64,000 bases of DNA. Origin: a virus (Duplodnaviria > Caudoviricetes). The notes beneath the pieces were generated by a model, which did not search any database, was not told the origin of the DNA, and saw only the letters and a program-made list of their open reading frames with translations. The translations under genes were made by a program, and so were the position numbers. The stretch spans positions 30,629-94,628 of IMG/VR virus record IMGVR_UViG_3300046490_000065, one strand, 5' to 3'. Below are positions 30,579 to 39,967 of the stretch, piece by piece. How positions within the stretch are numbered: position 1 is the first letter of the stretch; each line of letters begins with the position of its first letter.

Positions 30579-31234
30579 TAGGCCCCCTTCCCTTCAGCGA
30601 CTTCCAACTGCTTGGCCACGAAGTACTGGGGGAATACCAGACCCTCCCAGATCACCATATCCCGGATTTCGTTTATGAACCGCTGGTACGAAACACTGGC
30701 AGACGCGAACGGCTTACCCCCTAATTTCATCATTATCCGACCCCGGCAGTAGTCGATGAGCGTGGGCACTTGGTCGTCGTCGAGATCCACAGTGTCGCCC
30801 GGATTGACCATGGGGGTTATCGTGGACACCCCGTTCACCTCTATCAGTCGGCCGCCCACCGCATCCATCGGGTGAATCACGAACTGGTCAATCCCTATCG
30901 GCGCCCATCGCGCCATCGGGCCGGCCGATGCCGTGGTGTCCGTCGCCCAGTTCCGGAACTGCGTGCCCAACTGGTTGAGGCTGTACTTCTCAAGTTCGAT
31001 CCCTTCCACGTATAGCTTGAGCGGGAAGATCATTCCGGCCGCCATTGGGTAGACCAACTGGTTCCCTTGGGTAACCATTGGGAGAAGCTCCTCCACAATG
31101 CCCGTGAGGAAGTTGATTTTTTTTACCGCGTTGTTGAGCACTTGGGTTACTTGCGCTTGCGGGAACATTCCCACGTTGCCGTCTAATTGGTCGTACAACA
31201 ATCCAGACAGGACGCTTAGGGTGTACGAAGGCAT
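30578..31234 (-). CDS. Head-tail adaptor / tail ring protein paralog
   Basis: LNNAVKKI...NQLVYPM...FVIHP...LIDY pattern. Confidence 0.6.
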   Translation of the reverse strand: MPSYTLSVLSGLLYDQLDGNVGMFPQAQVTQVLNNAVKKINFLTGIVEELLPMVTQGNQLVYPMAAGMIFPLKLYVEGIELEKYSLNQLGTQFRNWATDTTASAGPMARWAPIGIDQFVIHPMDAVGGRLIEVNGVSTITPMVNPGDTVDLDDDQVPTLIDYCRGRIMMKLGGKPFASASVSYQRFINEIRDMVIWEGLVFPQYFVAKQLEVAEGKGA

Positions 31235-31279
31235 TCTACCCACCTTGACTTTTGCGTTTCATTATGCAAACATTTATCA

Positions 31280-31447
31280 ATGGACGCAAACAAGATAGAG
31301 ACGGTGGCTTTCCGAATCGACCCAGCGACCAAAGCCATCCTACAGGAAATAGCGAGAGCCAACGATATGACCCTCGGAGCCGTCATCAGGACAGCGGTCA
31401 AAGGAGCAATCAAGAACAAATGGATCAGCTTGAAACCCAATCGCTGA
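31280..31447 (+). CDS. Ribbon-helix-helix (CopG-like) protein, not in the ORF track
   Basis: MDANKIETVAFRIDPATKAILQEIARANDMTLGAVIRTAV; ATG lies just after TTGACT(31245)-17-AAACAT. Confidence 0.65.
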   Translation: MDANKIETVAFRIDPATKAILQEIARANDMTLGAVIRTAVKGAIKNKWISLKPNR

Positions 31448-31860
31448 ACAAACCCTGCCTCCACTGTAAGCTCACCAAGTCGCTTGTAGAGTTCAACCGA
31501 GACTGTAGACAAAAGGACGGTCGTTCGTACTATTGCAGGGGATGTCGGTCGGCCATCCGAAAGGCTGCCTACAATCCGATCCGGGAGCGATGGCACAACC
31601 TCTATCGACATTACGGAGTTACAGAGGAAGCATTCAATCTGATGGTTAACCACCAGAGGAACTCGTGCAGAATCTGTCGTAAATTGTTTGGTACCGCCTC
31701 TTCTAATCGACCTAACGTTGACCACTGCCACACCTGCGGAAAGATTAGAGGGCTCCTGTGCCAGCACTGCAACCAAGGGATTGGGGTAGTACGCGAAAAT
31801 CAATCCACGTTGGCCGCAATTAGAGATTTCTTGATCCGAGTTCACCGCCCAGGAGAGTAA
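31420..31860 (+). CDS. Endonuclease VII-family homing endonuclease
   Basis: YG...CRIC...VDHCHTCGKIRGLLCQHCNQGIG. Confidence 0.85.
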   Translation: MDQLETQSLNKPCLHCKLTKSLVEFNRDCRQKDGRSYYCRGCRSAIRKAAYNPIRERWHNLYRHYGVTEEAFNLMVNHQRNSCRICRKLFGTASSNRPNVDHCHTCGKIRGLLCQHCNQGIGVVRENQSTLAAIRDFLIRVHRPGE

Positions 31861-32295
31861 ATGGACCAGACTAAAATATGCACAGTATGCCGGCGGATTC
31901 TGCCAGTTGTGGAATTCTACCGAGATAGACGAATGTCCCTCGGCGCCCGAAGTGATTGCAAAATGTGCACGCTTCAGCGCATTGCAGACAGAGGAAAGAC
32001 AGACGATGGAATACGGGCTACACGTTCCAAAAACCTCAAATCGCACTACGGGATCAGCCGTGAGAGATACGACAAACTCCTTGCTTCTCAAGGGGGGGTA
32101 TGCGCCGCATGTGGAAATCCTCCGGGGGACCCTGCTGGAAAGAGGTTCCATAACCTTGAAGTTGACCACTGTCATTCTTCGCTTGAGATCCGAGCATTGC
32201 TCTGCTGGAGGTGCAACATAACCATTGGTCATTTCATGGAAAGCGTCGATGCTGTCGAGTCGGCAATCGAACATTTGGAACAGTGCTCCCACTAG
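31861..32295 (+). CDS. Endonuclease VII-family homing endonuclease
   Basis: QGGVCAAC...VDHCH...IRALLCWRCN. Confidence 0.85.
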   Translation: MDQTKICTVCRRILPVVEFYRDRRMSLGARSDCKMCTLQRIADRGKTDDGIRATRSKNLKSHYGISRERYDKLLASQGGVCAACGNPPGDPAGKRFHNLEVDHCHSSLEIRALLCWRCNITIGHFMESVDAVESAIEHLEQCSH

Positions 32296-32349
32296 ATGCG
32301 TCCAACGTTGGACGGGGCGATGTCCGCCGGGCGCCGCCCCTCCATCGGG

Positions 32350-32445
32350 TCAGTACCGCTTCGACTTTCGGGACTTCTTCTTGCCACCACCGAGGGCTCG
32401 GGCTGGATCGTTCGGCATCTTCTTCCCGCGTTTGCCTTTCTTCAT
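32350..32445 (-). CDS. 31-aa highly basic peptide, not in the ORF track
   Basis: AGGAGGTAG RBS; MKKGKRGKKMPNDPARALGGGKKKSRKSKRY. Confidence 0.65.
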   Translation of the reverse strand: MKKGKRGKKMPNDPARALGGGKKKSRKSKRY

Positions 32446-32480
32446 GCACTACCTCCTAAACAAGAGTTTAGCACCCGCGA

Positions 32481-32678
32481 TCAACATGCGTCGCCCGGCC
32501 GAAAGGTGGCGCCACCACGAGTCTTGCGCCGCTCGATCTTCTCGCAGTCTCGATAGTCCTGCATCATCTTCGCCTTCATTGCGTGGCCGTCAGGACCACA
32601 CAACTCGGCCCCGCCCGTGAGCGCCTTATTGGCGGCCCCTTCTTTACCTGTCCGGCCAACTCCGTGATCAATCAGCAT
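32481..32678 (-). CDS. Small basic hypothetical protein
   Basis: GAGG RBS; late-strand position. Confidence 0.5.
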   Translation of the reverse strand: MLIDHGVGRTGKEGAANKALTGGAELCGPDGHAMKAKMMQDYRDCEKIERRKTRGGATFRPGDAC

Positions 32679-32787
32679 GAAAGACCTCTCGCGATTAGAA
32701 TACCACCTGCGGTAGAATAAAGGAACGGGCCACCGTGGCGTGCAACCGCCGCGACAGCCCTACCAAAAGATCTATTAAGGAGATCAG

Positions 32788-33282
32788 ATGGCTACACTGA
32801 GTAAACCACTTCCGCCGCTCACAGCGCAAGACATTGCCCGGTTCTGGTCGAAGGTGGATCAATCTCCCGGACAAGGCCCTCAGGGAAACTGCTGGGGTTG
32901 GATGGCAGGGGTCAACAACAAAAAGAGAGCCGTATTCGCCGTCAATAACAGGATGCGCCTAGCTACTCGCATCGCGTACTTCCTGCAATACGGCGAAGAC
33001 CCCCACCCCCTGATGGTCTGCCACACCTGCGACAACCCACCGTGCTGCCGTGGAGAGCATCTATTCAAAGGGACTCAAGCGAACAATCTTTCCGACATGA
33101 CATCCAAAGGTCGTCGTTCGCACGGTCAATCCGCCGGATGGCTCACCAGCGAACAGGTGTATCAAATTCGTGTATTGTGGGCCACCGGGCAATATCGTCA
33201 GTGGCAATTAGCCGAGTTATTCGGATCCTCGCAGAGCCACATTTCTCAAATCACTACCGGTCAACAGAGGATCTTAGATTAG
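32788..33282 (+). CDS. HNH homing endonuclease with C-terminal HTH
   Basis: RFWSKV...CW.W...VCHTCDNPPC...HLFKGTQANN. Confidence 0.9.
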   Translation: MATLSKPLPPLTAQDIARFWSKVDQSPGQGPQGNCWGWMAGVNNKKRAVFAVNNRMRLATRIAYFLQYGEDPHPLMVCHTCDNPPCCRGEHLFKGTQANNLSDMTSKGRRSHGQSAGWLTSEQVYQIRVLWATGQYRQWQLAELFGSSQSHISQITTGQQRILD

Positions 33283-33290
33283 GGGTACCC

Positions 33291-34451
33291 CTACATTCCC
33301 CACCCAGACCCGGCTGCGGATACAGCGTGGCCCCTAAGCCAGTTATAGGAGTACGATTGGAGTTCCTCTCGGTAGTTAGAGATGTAATTCGTCCGACGAC
33401 CTTGGTCTGACTGAGTGGCTATTTCCAGTAGACGGGCATACTCACCTTCCCAGTACATCGCATCTTGTGGTGAATAGTAGTCGTCCCGCGACCCCGCCGC
33501 CTTGATCACCTTCGTGCGCAGGGCATCGGCGCAGGCTCCGGCAATAATGATCTCATTGTTCAGGAATGGTGGCAGGGGATCGGTGTCGTATCGTAGGGTA
33601 GGCCACCCATCTACATAAAGGACTGCGATGGCATACTGAACTGTTTGATAAGGCCAAACGCGCCACTGGGCTACACCACCCGGCGCAGCACTCATCTTCA
33701 GCAACTCTAGAGGATTTCCCGTGGACTGATCCTGCGGGTCCAGATTGATAGCCCACGTATCATCCTTTTCAACCCCAATAGTTTGACCGGCAATTGCATC
33801 CCACGCGAACTTCACATACTTCGCCGTAGGGCTGATCTGCACGTACTCCTTCCGGATCATGTACGAGACGTTGGTCTGGGGCAAACCTCCGTAGGACATA
33901 TCGAGTTGGAGCGACGTGGCTGACAAGATCGCCTGCACGGTATACGTGTACGAATCTGTAGCGAACTGCTGGCCGGCCAAGCTCGACATCTGCAAGGTGC
34001 AGTTGGTCTGGTGGGCGAACTGGCAGTAGGCCATGAAGCTCGTTGGGCCAACCGACTGGACGGTGAGAACCTCCGTGATGGAGGCATTCTCCTGGTCGAT
34101 CAGGAGCAGTGACCCAGGAAAGATCTTGCCGATGAACCCGGCACCCGGCGTGATCTCCATGAACCCCGGCGAGTCCGTGATCGGATTGACACTCACCGTG
34201 TTGATGGAGTCGTTCACCGGCCACGTCGTCCCGTTCCCGGCCACCAGTGGAGATCCCGGCGTCATGGTTACCTTCCCGGCCGTAGTCGCTGCGGGGATGA
34301 CCACCATCCCTCGCTTGAACACGTCTGACCACGTACGGACATCCAAAACATTCGCGATACGGCGATTGATGAAGCCTTCCGCTTGCGACGGAGGGCAGTT
34401 AGGCTTAACTTCCCTAATTCGGCCGCGACACTGCCAGAGGCTCATCGACAT
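33291..34451 (-). CDS. Head-tail adaptor-like virion protein with inserted beta domain
   Basis: FINR...W N-terminus, RVWP...DTDPLPPF...IIAGA C-terminus. Confidence 0.6.
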   Translation of the reverse strand: MSMSLWQCRGRIREVKPNCPPSQAEGFINRRIANVLDVRTWSDVFKRGMVVIPAATTAGKVTMTPGSPLVAGNGTTWPVNDSINTVSVNPITDSPGFMEITPGAGFIGKIFPGSLLLIDQENASITEVLTVQSVGPTSFMAYCQFAHQTNCTLQMSSLAGQQFATDSYTYTVQAILSATSLQLDMSYGGLPQTNVSYMIRKEYVQISPTAKYVKFAWDAIAGQTIGVEKDDTWAINLDPQDQSTGNPLELLKMSAAPGGVAQWRVWPYQTVQYAIAVLYVDGWPTLRYDTDPLPPFLNNEIIIAGACADALRTKVIKAAGSRDDYYSPQDAMYWEGEYARLLEIATQSDQGRRTNYISNYREELQSYSYNWLRGHAVSAAGSGWGM

Positions 34452-34453
34452 CG

Positions 34454-34822
34454 TTATACTCCGGTGCTCGCGGTAACCCCGACGCTCGCTGTCTTGTTTA
34501 CCACGATCTTCTTGGAAAACTCTGGGAGGTCCCAGGTCCCAGGCTCATGCTCGTCGGACTGCTTCACGTCCTGCTTCCACAAGATCCCAAGGGGGATAGG
34601 TATGGCTGAACCGCGCGTAACGATATTGTCCTTCGCCCAGTTCGGAAATAGCGTCAGGTCCACCAAGCCGGCCTCAGCGTCGGTGATGCCCACGATCAGG
34701 GCCACCACACTGCGGCCTTCCGGCAGCGGAGTCTTGGCCTGCAAGATCTGGTCCACATCCTCCGGTGCTAAGAAGTATCGGACTATCCGGCCTTCTGTGA
34801 GTCCTTGAATCATCGTCTGCAC
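34454..34822 (-). CDS. Phage hypothetical protein
   Basis: GRIVRY...ALI...VDLTLF...GTW motif. Confidence 0.6.
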   Translation of the reverse strand: MQTMIQGLTEGRIVRYFLAPEDVDQILQAKTPLPEGRSVVALIVGITDAEAGLVDLTLFPNWAKDNIVTRGSAIPIPLGILWKQDVKQSDEHEPGTWDLPEFSKKIVVNKTASVGVTASTGV

Positions 34823-35868
34823 TCCTCCCTAAGTGTACCCAAATACGACACCACCCGCGATACGCCTTCGCGTAAACTGACCTTGGGGGTAAACCCAAGG
34901 GACCGTTGCTTGGACGTGTCCCCAACCCGGCAGAATACCCCCACCGGCTTATCCGAGAGCGGACGGATCTGCGGAACGATGGCATACCCTGCTACTTCGG
35001 ATGCCAACCTGATGATATCATTGAAGCTCGTGGCGACCCCAGTGGACAGATTCACGGCGGACCCGTCGTCGATCTTGTCCATCATAGTCAGCACCCCGTC
35101 GATGCAGTCTTCGATGTAGATGAAGTCCCGCATCTGTTCTCCGGTCCCCCAGACCTCAACCGGAACGGCCGGATGATCCTTATAGTCCAGCACCTTCTTA
35201 CACAGAGAAGGGAAGGGGTAGGCCATGTCTTGATCCTCACCGTAGCCGGAGAACGGGCGGAAGCAGATGGACTTCAGACCGTGCTTCTCGTAGGCGAGTC
35301 TGGCCAAGTACTCCATCGTCAGTTTCGACCAGCCGTACGTGAGGTCAGGAACTCCGATTGTGCCACACCCTAGCGTGAAACTTCCGATTGTGCCACACCC
35401 TAGCGTGAAACTAATGTCACGTTCACGGAGGGGACCTTGCACGTAGGCACGTTGAAGATGTATCGGGTACGCCGCACTCGAACTGAAGATCACCGACTTC
35501 CCCGGCCGCGCTATGGCCGCCCACTGCCAGTAGGCTGCGTCGATGGACAGATCGTCGGCCACAGATAGCGGGTTGTTCTCGATCATCTCCCGTCCGCCAA
35601 CGATGGCCGCAAGGTGGAAGGCGTAGTCGAAGTGGAGGTCGTAGTTGTATCGGAACCAAGAGCGGCAGTCGTTAGGATACAAGACAAATCGTGTTGGACC
35701 GTTGTTATACTTTCCAGGGTTGAACAGCGGCCACTCGAACAGAGGAAGCCCTCCGGTTCCCGGAACAATCGGGTCCACCACATGGACCTCATCGCCGCGT
35801 TCAAGCAAGGCGCGGACCAACCTTCTCCCTACAAATCCACACCCCCCGGTTATGAGGCAGCGGCTCAT
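34810..35868 (-). CDS. NAD-dependent nucleotide-sugar epimerase/dehydratase (extended SDR)
   Basis: TGGCGFVG, HLAA, SSSAAY, YGWSK, VWGTGEQMRDFIY. Confidence 0.9.
   Translation of the reverse strand: MSRCLITGGCGFVGRRLVRALLERGDEVHVVDPIVPGTGGLPLFEWPLFNPGKYNNGPTRFVLYPNDCRSWFRYNYDLHFDYAFHLAAIVGGREMIENNPLSVADDLSIDAAYWQWAAIARPGKSVIFSSSAAYPIHLQRAYVQGPLRERDISFTLGCGTIGSFTLGCGTIGVPDLTYGWSKLTMEYLARLAYEKHGLKSICFRPFSGYGEDQDMAYPFPSLCKKVLDYKDHPAVPVEVWGTGEQMRDFIYIEDCIDGVLTMMDKIDDGSAVNLSTGVATSFNDIIRLASEVAGYAIVPQIRPLSDKPVGVFCRVGDTSKQRSLGFTPKVSLREGVSRVVSYLGTLREECRR
35353..35412. repeat. Perfect 30-bp tandem duplication, in frame
   Basis: TCCGATTGTGCCACACCCTAGCGTGAAACT x2, encoding SFTLGCGTIG x2. Confidence 0.95.
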
Positions 35869-36173
35869 CGGAGGGTCACCTTCGACCCGGCGCCTAGATG
35901 CGAGTTGATCTCCTTTTGATAGGAGTCAACCTCTGCCTCCATCTGGTCCGCAATGGCCTTCTGATATTCCTCCAGGGTGAACACTCCCTTGGATATGAGG
36001 AGGTAGACCAGTGCGGCGGAATCGCTCATGGACGCATTGATACCCACACGGAGGTGCTTCGGCTCCGTCTCCTTGCCGTTGAAGTTCATCTTCATGGCCA
36101 CGCCGGATTGCATCGCATGGCAGGCCGCTTGATACCGCTCGTTGTCCGTCATGATTGCTCCTTCCATTCCCAA
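35865..36173 (-). CDS. Phage hypothetical protein
   Basis: HAMQSGVA...PKHLRVG motif; overlapping operon. Confidence 0.65.
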   Translation of the reverse strand: MGMEGAIMTDNERYQAACHAMQSGVAMKMNFNGKETEPKHLRVGINASMSDSAALVYLLISKGVFTLEEYQKAIADQMEAEVDSYQKEINSHLGAGSKVTLR

Positions 36174-36535
36174 AGTCCCAACATCCCCTTCGCCGGGATC
36201 GGTTCCGGAAGTTCCTGCGCTTCGTTGAGCACCAGACCGTACCTGCCACAGAACCAGGGTGACTCATGGCGTGTGACCACCCGATCAAGGAACGCTGTCC
36301 CAACGATGAACCCACGCGGCAGATCAGCTAATGGAGGGACATAAAAGTCAGGACCGATTACGTGATGGATCCAATCTACGGCATCGGCGTATTCCTGCTT
36401 GCCGCAACCCGCAGCCGCGTGTATCCAAAGGGAACCCCGATATCCAGACCACGGGTACATCTGATCGCGGTTCTCGATAGGTTTGCCGTGAAGTAGGCAC
36501 CACGCCCACGGCTGGCGAACGCTGATCGCCTTCAC
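36149..36535 (-). CDS. ASCH domain protein
   Basis: KAISVRQPWA...GK.IENR...RG.LWIHA...KGMLGLW. Confidence 0.85.
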   Translation of the reverse strand: MKAISVRQPWAWCLLHGKPIENRDQMYPWSGYRGSLWIHAAAGCGKQEYADAVDWIHHVIGPDFYVPPLADLPRGFIVGTAFLDRVVTRHESPWFCGRYGLVLNEAQELPEPIPAKGMLGLWEWKEQS

Positions 36536-37047
36536 GCCGTCTTCCCTCCACGCATCTCCGCGATCGTTGCCGGGTCGTCAACACGATGGCGCCCTCGATC
36601 CGGGTCCCCATCCCCGTGGTCAAGCCGGTACTCCTCGAAGCGTTCTGCCAGTGCGAGCACGTCGTTACAGTACTGCTCGTTGAAACCCAGGGCACGCGCC
36701 TTGTTGGCATATCCCCGGATTGCGGCCGGCGCCGCCGGATCCTTGGCACCGATCACGAAGTTGGGCCATTCAGGGACAGTTCCGTCGCGGCGCTTTACAA
36801 GGTACTTCCCTTCGGGTGTCGCCGGATCATTCCGCCATAACCCGGAGGGCGGCTTGGCCGGCTGGTCCGTGACCGACATAACCGCAGGGGCCTCCGCCTG
36901 AAGCGCAATCCCTCCCATGTCGATCACCGGAACCCCATCGGACCCCAGGAAGCAGTAGCCGTAGTCGGCCGCCTTGAGTTTGGCGGCGATCTCGTCGTAC
37001 GCCGCTTGGCTCACTTCGAGCACAGCGAAGGTGTGAGTGTGCCTCAT
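36532..37047 (-). CDS. Phage hypothetical protein
   Basis: KYLVKRRDG...FVIGAKDPAAPAA motif. Confidence 0.6.
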   Translation of the reverse strand: MRHTHTFAVLEVSQAAYDEIAAKLKAADYGYCFLGSDGVPVIDMGGIALQAEAPAVMSVTDQPAKPPSGLWRNDPATPEGKYLVKRRDGTVPEWPNFVIGAKDPAAPAAIRGYANKARALGFNEQYCNDVLALAERFEEYRLDHGDGDPDRGRHRVDDPATIAEMRGGKTA

Positions 37048-37226
37048 TCCTCCGGCCCTTCCTCAATAGGCGTCTCGTCGGTGTCCCCAACAACCCACCG
37101 GATCCCGGCCAACACCCCGGACTCGTAGCTCCTGCCTGGAGCGGCCGAACCGCCAGCCTCTTCCCACGCGGCGCCCAGGTTCAGTTGCTCGTTGATGTCT
37201 TTGTCTTTCTGGTTCACTCCGTACAT
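37044..37226 (-). CDS. Small acidic hypothetical protein
   Basis: AAGGAG RBS; SYESGVLAGIRW. Confidence 0.6.
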   Translation of the reverse strand: MYGVNQKDKDINEQLNLGAAWEEAGGSAAPGRSYESGVLAGIRWVVGDTDETPIEEGPEE

Positions 37227-37417
37227 GTCGGTGTTCTCCTTACAGCAGGTGTACTGGAAACTCCTTCTCGTCTTTTGGGTTTGATGCCAGTGGCGGTGGC
37301 CAGGGTTTATCGACGGGCCACTCGTGCTGGCAGGTTAACGTTGGTTGCGGCGAGAAATTACCTCGCAGGTCCGTCCACATGACTTTAGTTGTCCGGTAGG
37401 ACATTCCTTCTCCTCCG

Positions 37418-37741
37418 TCAACATCCTGTCCCATGTGTCCTCCAGGTGAACGTCGCCTCCGGCGCCAGCATCACGGCCTTGAACCGGCGGAAGGCTTCGA
37501 TCAGCCGCCCCTCTTCTTCACTTAGGGTTAGAAGTAAGGTGACCGTAGGCGCGGATGGCGTAGCGCCATAGCCGTCATAATTGTAGGGTAAGAACTCAAC
37601 CTTCAGCCTGTCCCCGGCCGCAAGCACCACCACTGAAATGGGAGACTTGTGTGGCACGGCCTGTGGCTCCACCGTAGCCGGGGAGGTGTGCTTGAATCCC
37701 GTCCACCTAAACTCGTTGGGACTTGGATCTTCTGTCGGCAT
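37418..37741 (-). CDS. Hypothetical protein
   Basis: AGGAG RBS before MPTEDP. Confidence 0.5.
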   Translation of the reverse strand: MPTEDPSPNEFRWTGFKHTSPATVEPQAVPHKSPISVVVLAAGDRLKVEFLPYNYDGYGATPSAPTVTLLLTLSEEEGRLIEAFRRFKAVMLAPEATFTWRTHGTGC

Positions 37742-37930
37742 TGCTTCTCCTGTAGCGTCCAATGTTGGACCCGGTGGCGCTGTATCCGTCTGCCATCATT
37801 ACCGGCCTGAGTTCCTCTCACCGTGCCGAACCTTTAGAGGGAGCGACCCACCCAAAGGGGGTTGGGGTCCACGTCCCGCTTGCGCGGCACGGCGGAAACT
37901 GGTCTCCGTTGCCCCACCGAATCCAAGTAA

Positions 37931-37959
37931 AGGGTACCAGCCCACCGTTCCGAAGTCAA
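37931..37959 (-). promoter_or_regulatory. sigma70-type promoter for the accessory block
   Basis: TTGACT-17-TACCCT immediately after the capsid-operon terminator. Confidence 0.55.
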
Positions 37960-37965
37960 GAGGAA

Positions 37966-38011
37966 ATAAAAAGGCGCACCCCGCCCGGTCGGAACCGGAA
38001 GAGATGCGCCT
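37966..38011 (-). terminator. Intrinsic terminator after the capsid/decoration genes
   Basis: AGGCGCA...TGCGCCT stem followed by a T-run. Confidence 0.55.
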
Positions 38012-38047
38012 CTGCGAGGATAAGGTTGCTCTGGCCTACCCGCGACT

Positions 38048-39424
38048 TTACCTTGGTACCAACGTGACCGTGATCGCCACGAGCGCGGTGGATTGCGCCG
38101 CACCAGCCACCTTCAGGCCCAACCGATCTCCGGCGGCCAAGAGCCGTAGCTGCCGGCCGGCCATCGTTGCTACCTGGACCGTGCGGGCCGTCGCCGCCAG
38201 ATCGAAACCAGCGCTCGAATTGTCCGTCTGCACGGCAGATCCGGCGCCAGGGGCCGTTGTACCCTTGTCGATCGTGATGGCGATTTTCGATGCACCGCCC
38301 GCCGCCACATCGTGGACTTGCTGTGCTTCGACCAGTTCATAGGCCCGATCGGCAACAAAAAAGGTCTGGGCAATCTGCTGTTGAGCGTTGAGGGCAAGTT
38401 GCCATGTCTGTGCCTGCTCACCGGAGACCGGCGCGAAGGACACCATCACACAGACTCCAACCCCCGTGGTGGTGGCTGAGAACTTAACAGCCAGCCGGTC
38501 GCCGGTACCCAGTGCCAACGTGGCCGCCGTGGCTGCCAACGCTGGAGTGATCACCGTGTTGACGGCACCGTCAGCCGCCATCGCTGCGGCCAAGATAGAG
38601 GTTCCCCCACCAGCGGCGGTGGTCCCCGTATCCTTGGTTACATCGAGAGTCGCAGCGGCGACAAAGGCTGTGGCATAGCACGCCTTCACCCCGGTAACGA
38701 CCATATCGCGTTGAGCGACCAAAAACGACTGCGTAGCGATATCGGCGTTGACGTTGGCGAAGTACACGGCCGTCTGACTCTGCCCCTGGGGCGTCATGTA
38801 CACGCTGATCGTGACACCCGCCAAGGTAGTAAGCGTTCCGCCAAACAGCACGGCTAGCCGATCTCCGGCCGCCATCGTGAGGTTTGCAGACGTGGCGGTA
38901 AGCGTGGCGGAGAGCACCGTGTTAGCCGCCGTGTTCTTGGCGTCAAAGGTGCCGGTCTGTAGGGCCGCCCCTGTGCCGGGTGCCTGGGTGCCAGTGTCCT
39001 TCGTGATCGATGCCACCGCACCCGTAACGGTCCCGGCAGTCTTGTGAACGTACTTGATGCCGGTGATCGTGTAGGCTCGGTCAGCAATGAAGAACGTCTG
39101 CGTCCCCAGAGACGCGTTGTTCTGGAGGTCGAACGTCACAACCTTCTGCTGCGGCCCGGCTAATGTCTCCGTCCCCAACAGAATGTTGCCGTTACCGTCG
39201 AGCATCGTAGCGCCTATGGCTTGCCACACACCATCGTAGTTGCTGGCCGATGGTGCCGTGATGCACTTGTAGAACGCCGGAATCCCGGCCGCAGGCGAGG
39301 TGATCCATAGGTAATCCCCCGCCTGCCACGGCGCGATACTGGTGTTCCCAGAGGGGGGCGCATCTGCTGCCCAGATGTCGGCCCCGTTGGGCATGATGAT
39401 ACCGAGTGGAGATGGATAGAACAT
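38048..39424 (-). CDS. Capsid decoration/head fibre with three tandem beta domains
   Basis: Three repeats of F(F/L)xAxR...(KD/DK)xTxAxGxG...GDRL; downstream of the capsid gene. Confidence 0.6.
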   Translation of the reverse strand: MFYPSPLGIIMPNGADIWAADAPPSGNTSIAPWQAGDYLWITSPAAGIPAFYKCITAPSASNYDGVWQAIGATMLDGNGNILLGTETLAGPQQKVVTFDLQNNASLGTQTFFIADRAYTITGIKYVHKTAGTVTGAVASITKDTGTQAPGTGAALQTGTFDAKNTAANTVLSATLTATSANLTMAAGDRLAVLFGGTLTTLAGVTISVYMTPQGQSQTAVYFANVNADIATQSFLVAQRDMVVTGVKACYATAFVAAATLDVTKDTGTTAAGGGTSILAAAMAADGAVNTVITPALAATAATLALGTGDRLAVKFSATTTGVGVCVMVSFAPVSGEQAQTWQLALNAQQQIAQTFFVADRAYELVEAQQVHDVAAGGASKIAITIDKGTTAPGAGSAVQTDNSSAGFDLAATARTVQVATMAGRQLRLLAAGDRLGLKVAGAAQSTALVAITVTLVPR

Positions 39425-39433
39425 CGTTTCTCC

Positions 39434-39952
39434 TTACAGCGGGTTCGGGCTTACCTGGACCTGATTGGAGACCTGTCCGGTCGTCGTAATCGGGCACAGG
39501 AAGACATCGATGTTGACCACACCGGCCGTGCAGACCGAGCAGTTGGCCCCCGTGGGCGTGAAGGTCACAGTCGGCGTAACAGCCGAAAGTTTCCCCATGG
39601 CCGGCGTTGCAGTCTCCTGGAGGGTGCCATCAGCCACCGCTTGGTAGACGTCGTACGCCGACGTGAACTGCGTAGCCGACCCACCAGACGATCCCAGGCT
39701 GACTGTCATGGCCGAGATGCTCGGGCCGGCGAAGGCCACCGAGTGCTTCACCCGGACCTTCAGCACGATCGAGGCGAGCGGCCACGTTTCCGCAATTGAA
39801 GTGTTGTACGGTGGTCCGCTCAACAGGTTGAACAGGTTGAGGGTCTTGGCGCCCGATCCAGACGTTGACTGCTGGAGATCGAGATAGGTGAACTGGTAAG
39901 ACCAGACCTGGATTCCAGGCCCGAGATTGGAGGCAAGTCCTTGTTTTGTCAT
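39434..39952 (-). CDS. Capsid auxiliary/cement protein
   Basis: Directly after the capsid gene; GGAGGA RBS. Confidence 0.6.
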   Translation of the reverse strand: MTKQGLASNLGPGIQVWSYQFTYLDLQQSTSGSGAKTLNLFNLLSGPPYNTSIAETWPLASIVLKVRVKHSVAFAGPSISAMTVSLGSSGGSATQFTSAYDVYQAVADGTLQETATPAMGKLSAVTPTVTFTPTGANCSVCTAGVVNIDVFLCPITTTGQVSNQVQVSPNPL

Positions 39953-39967
39953 GACGTTATATCCTCC

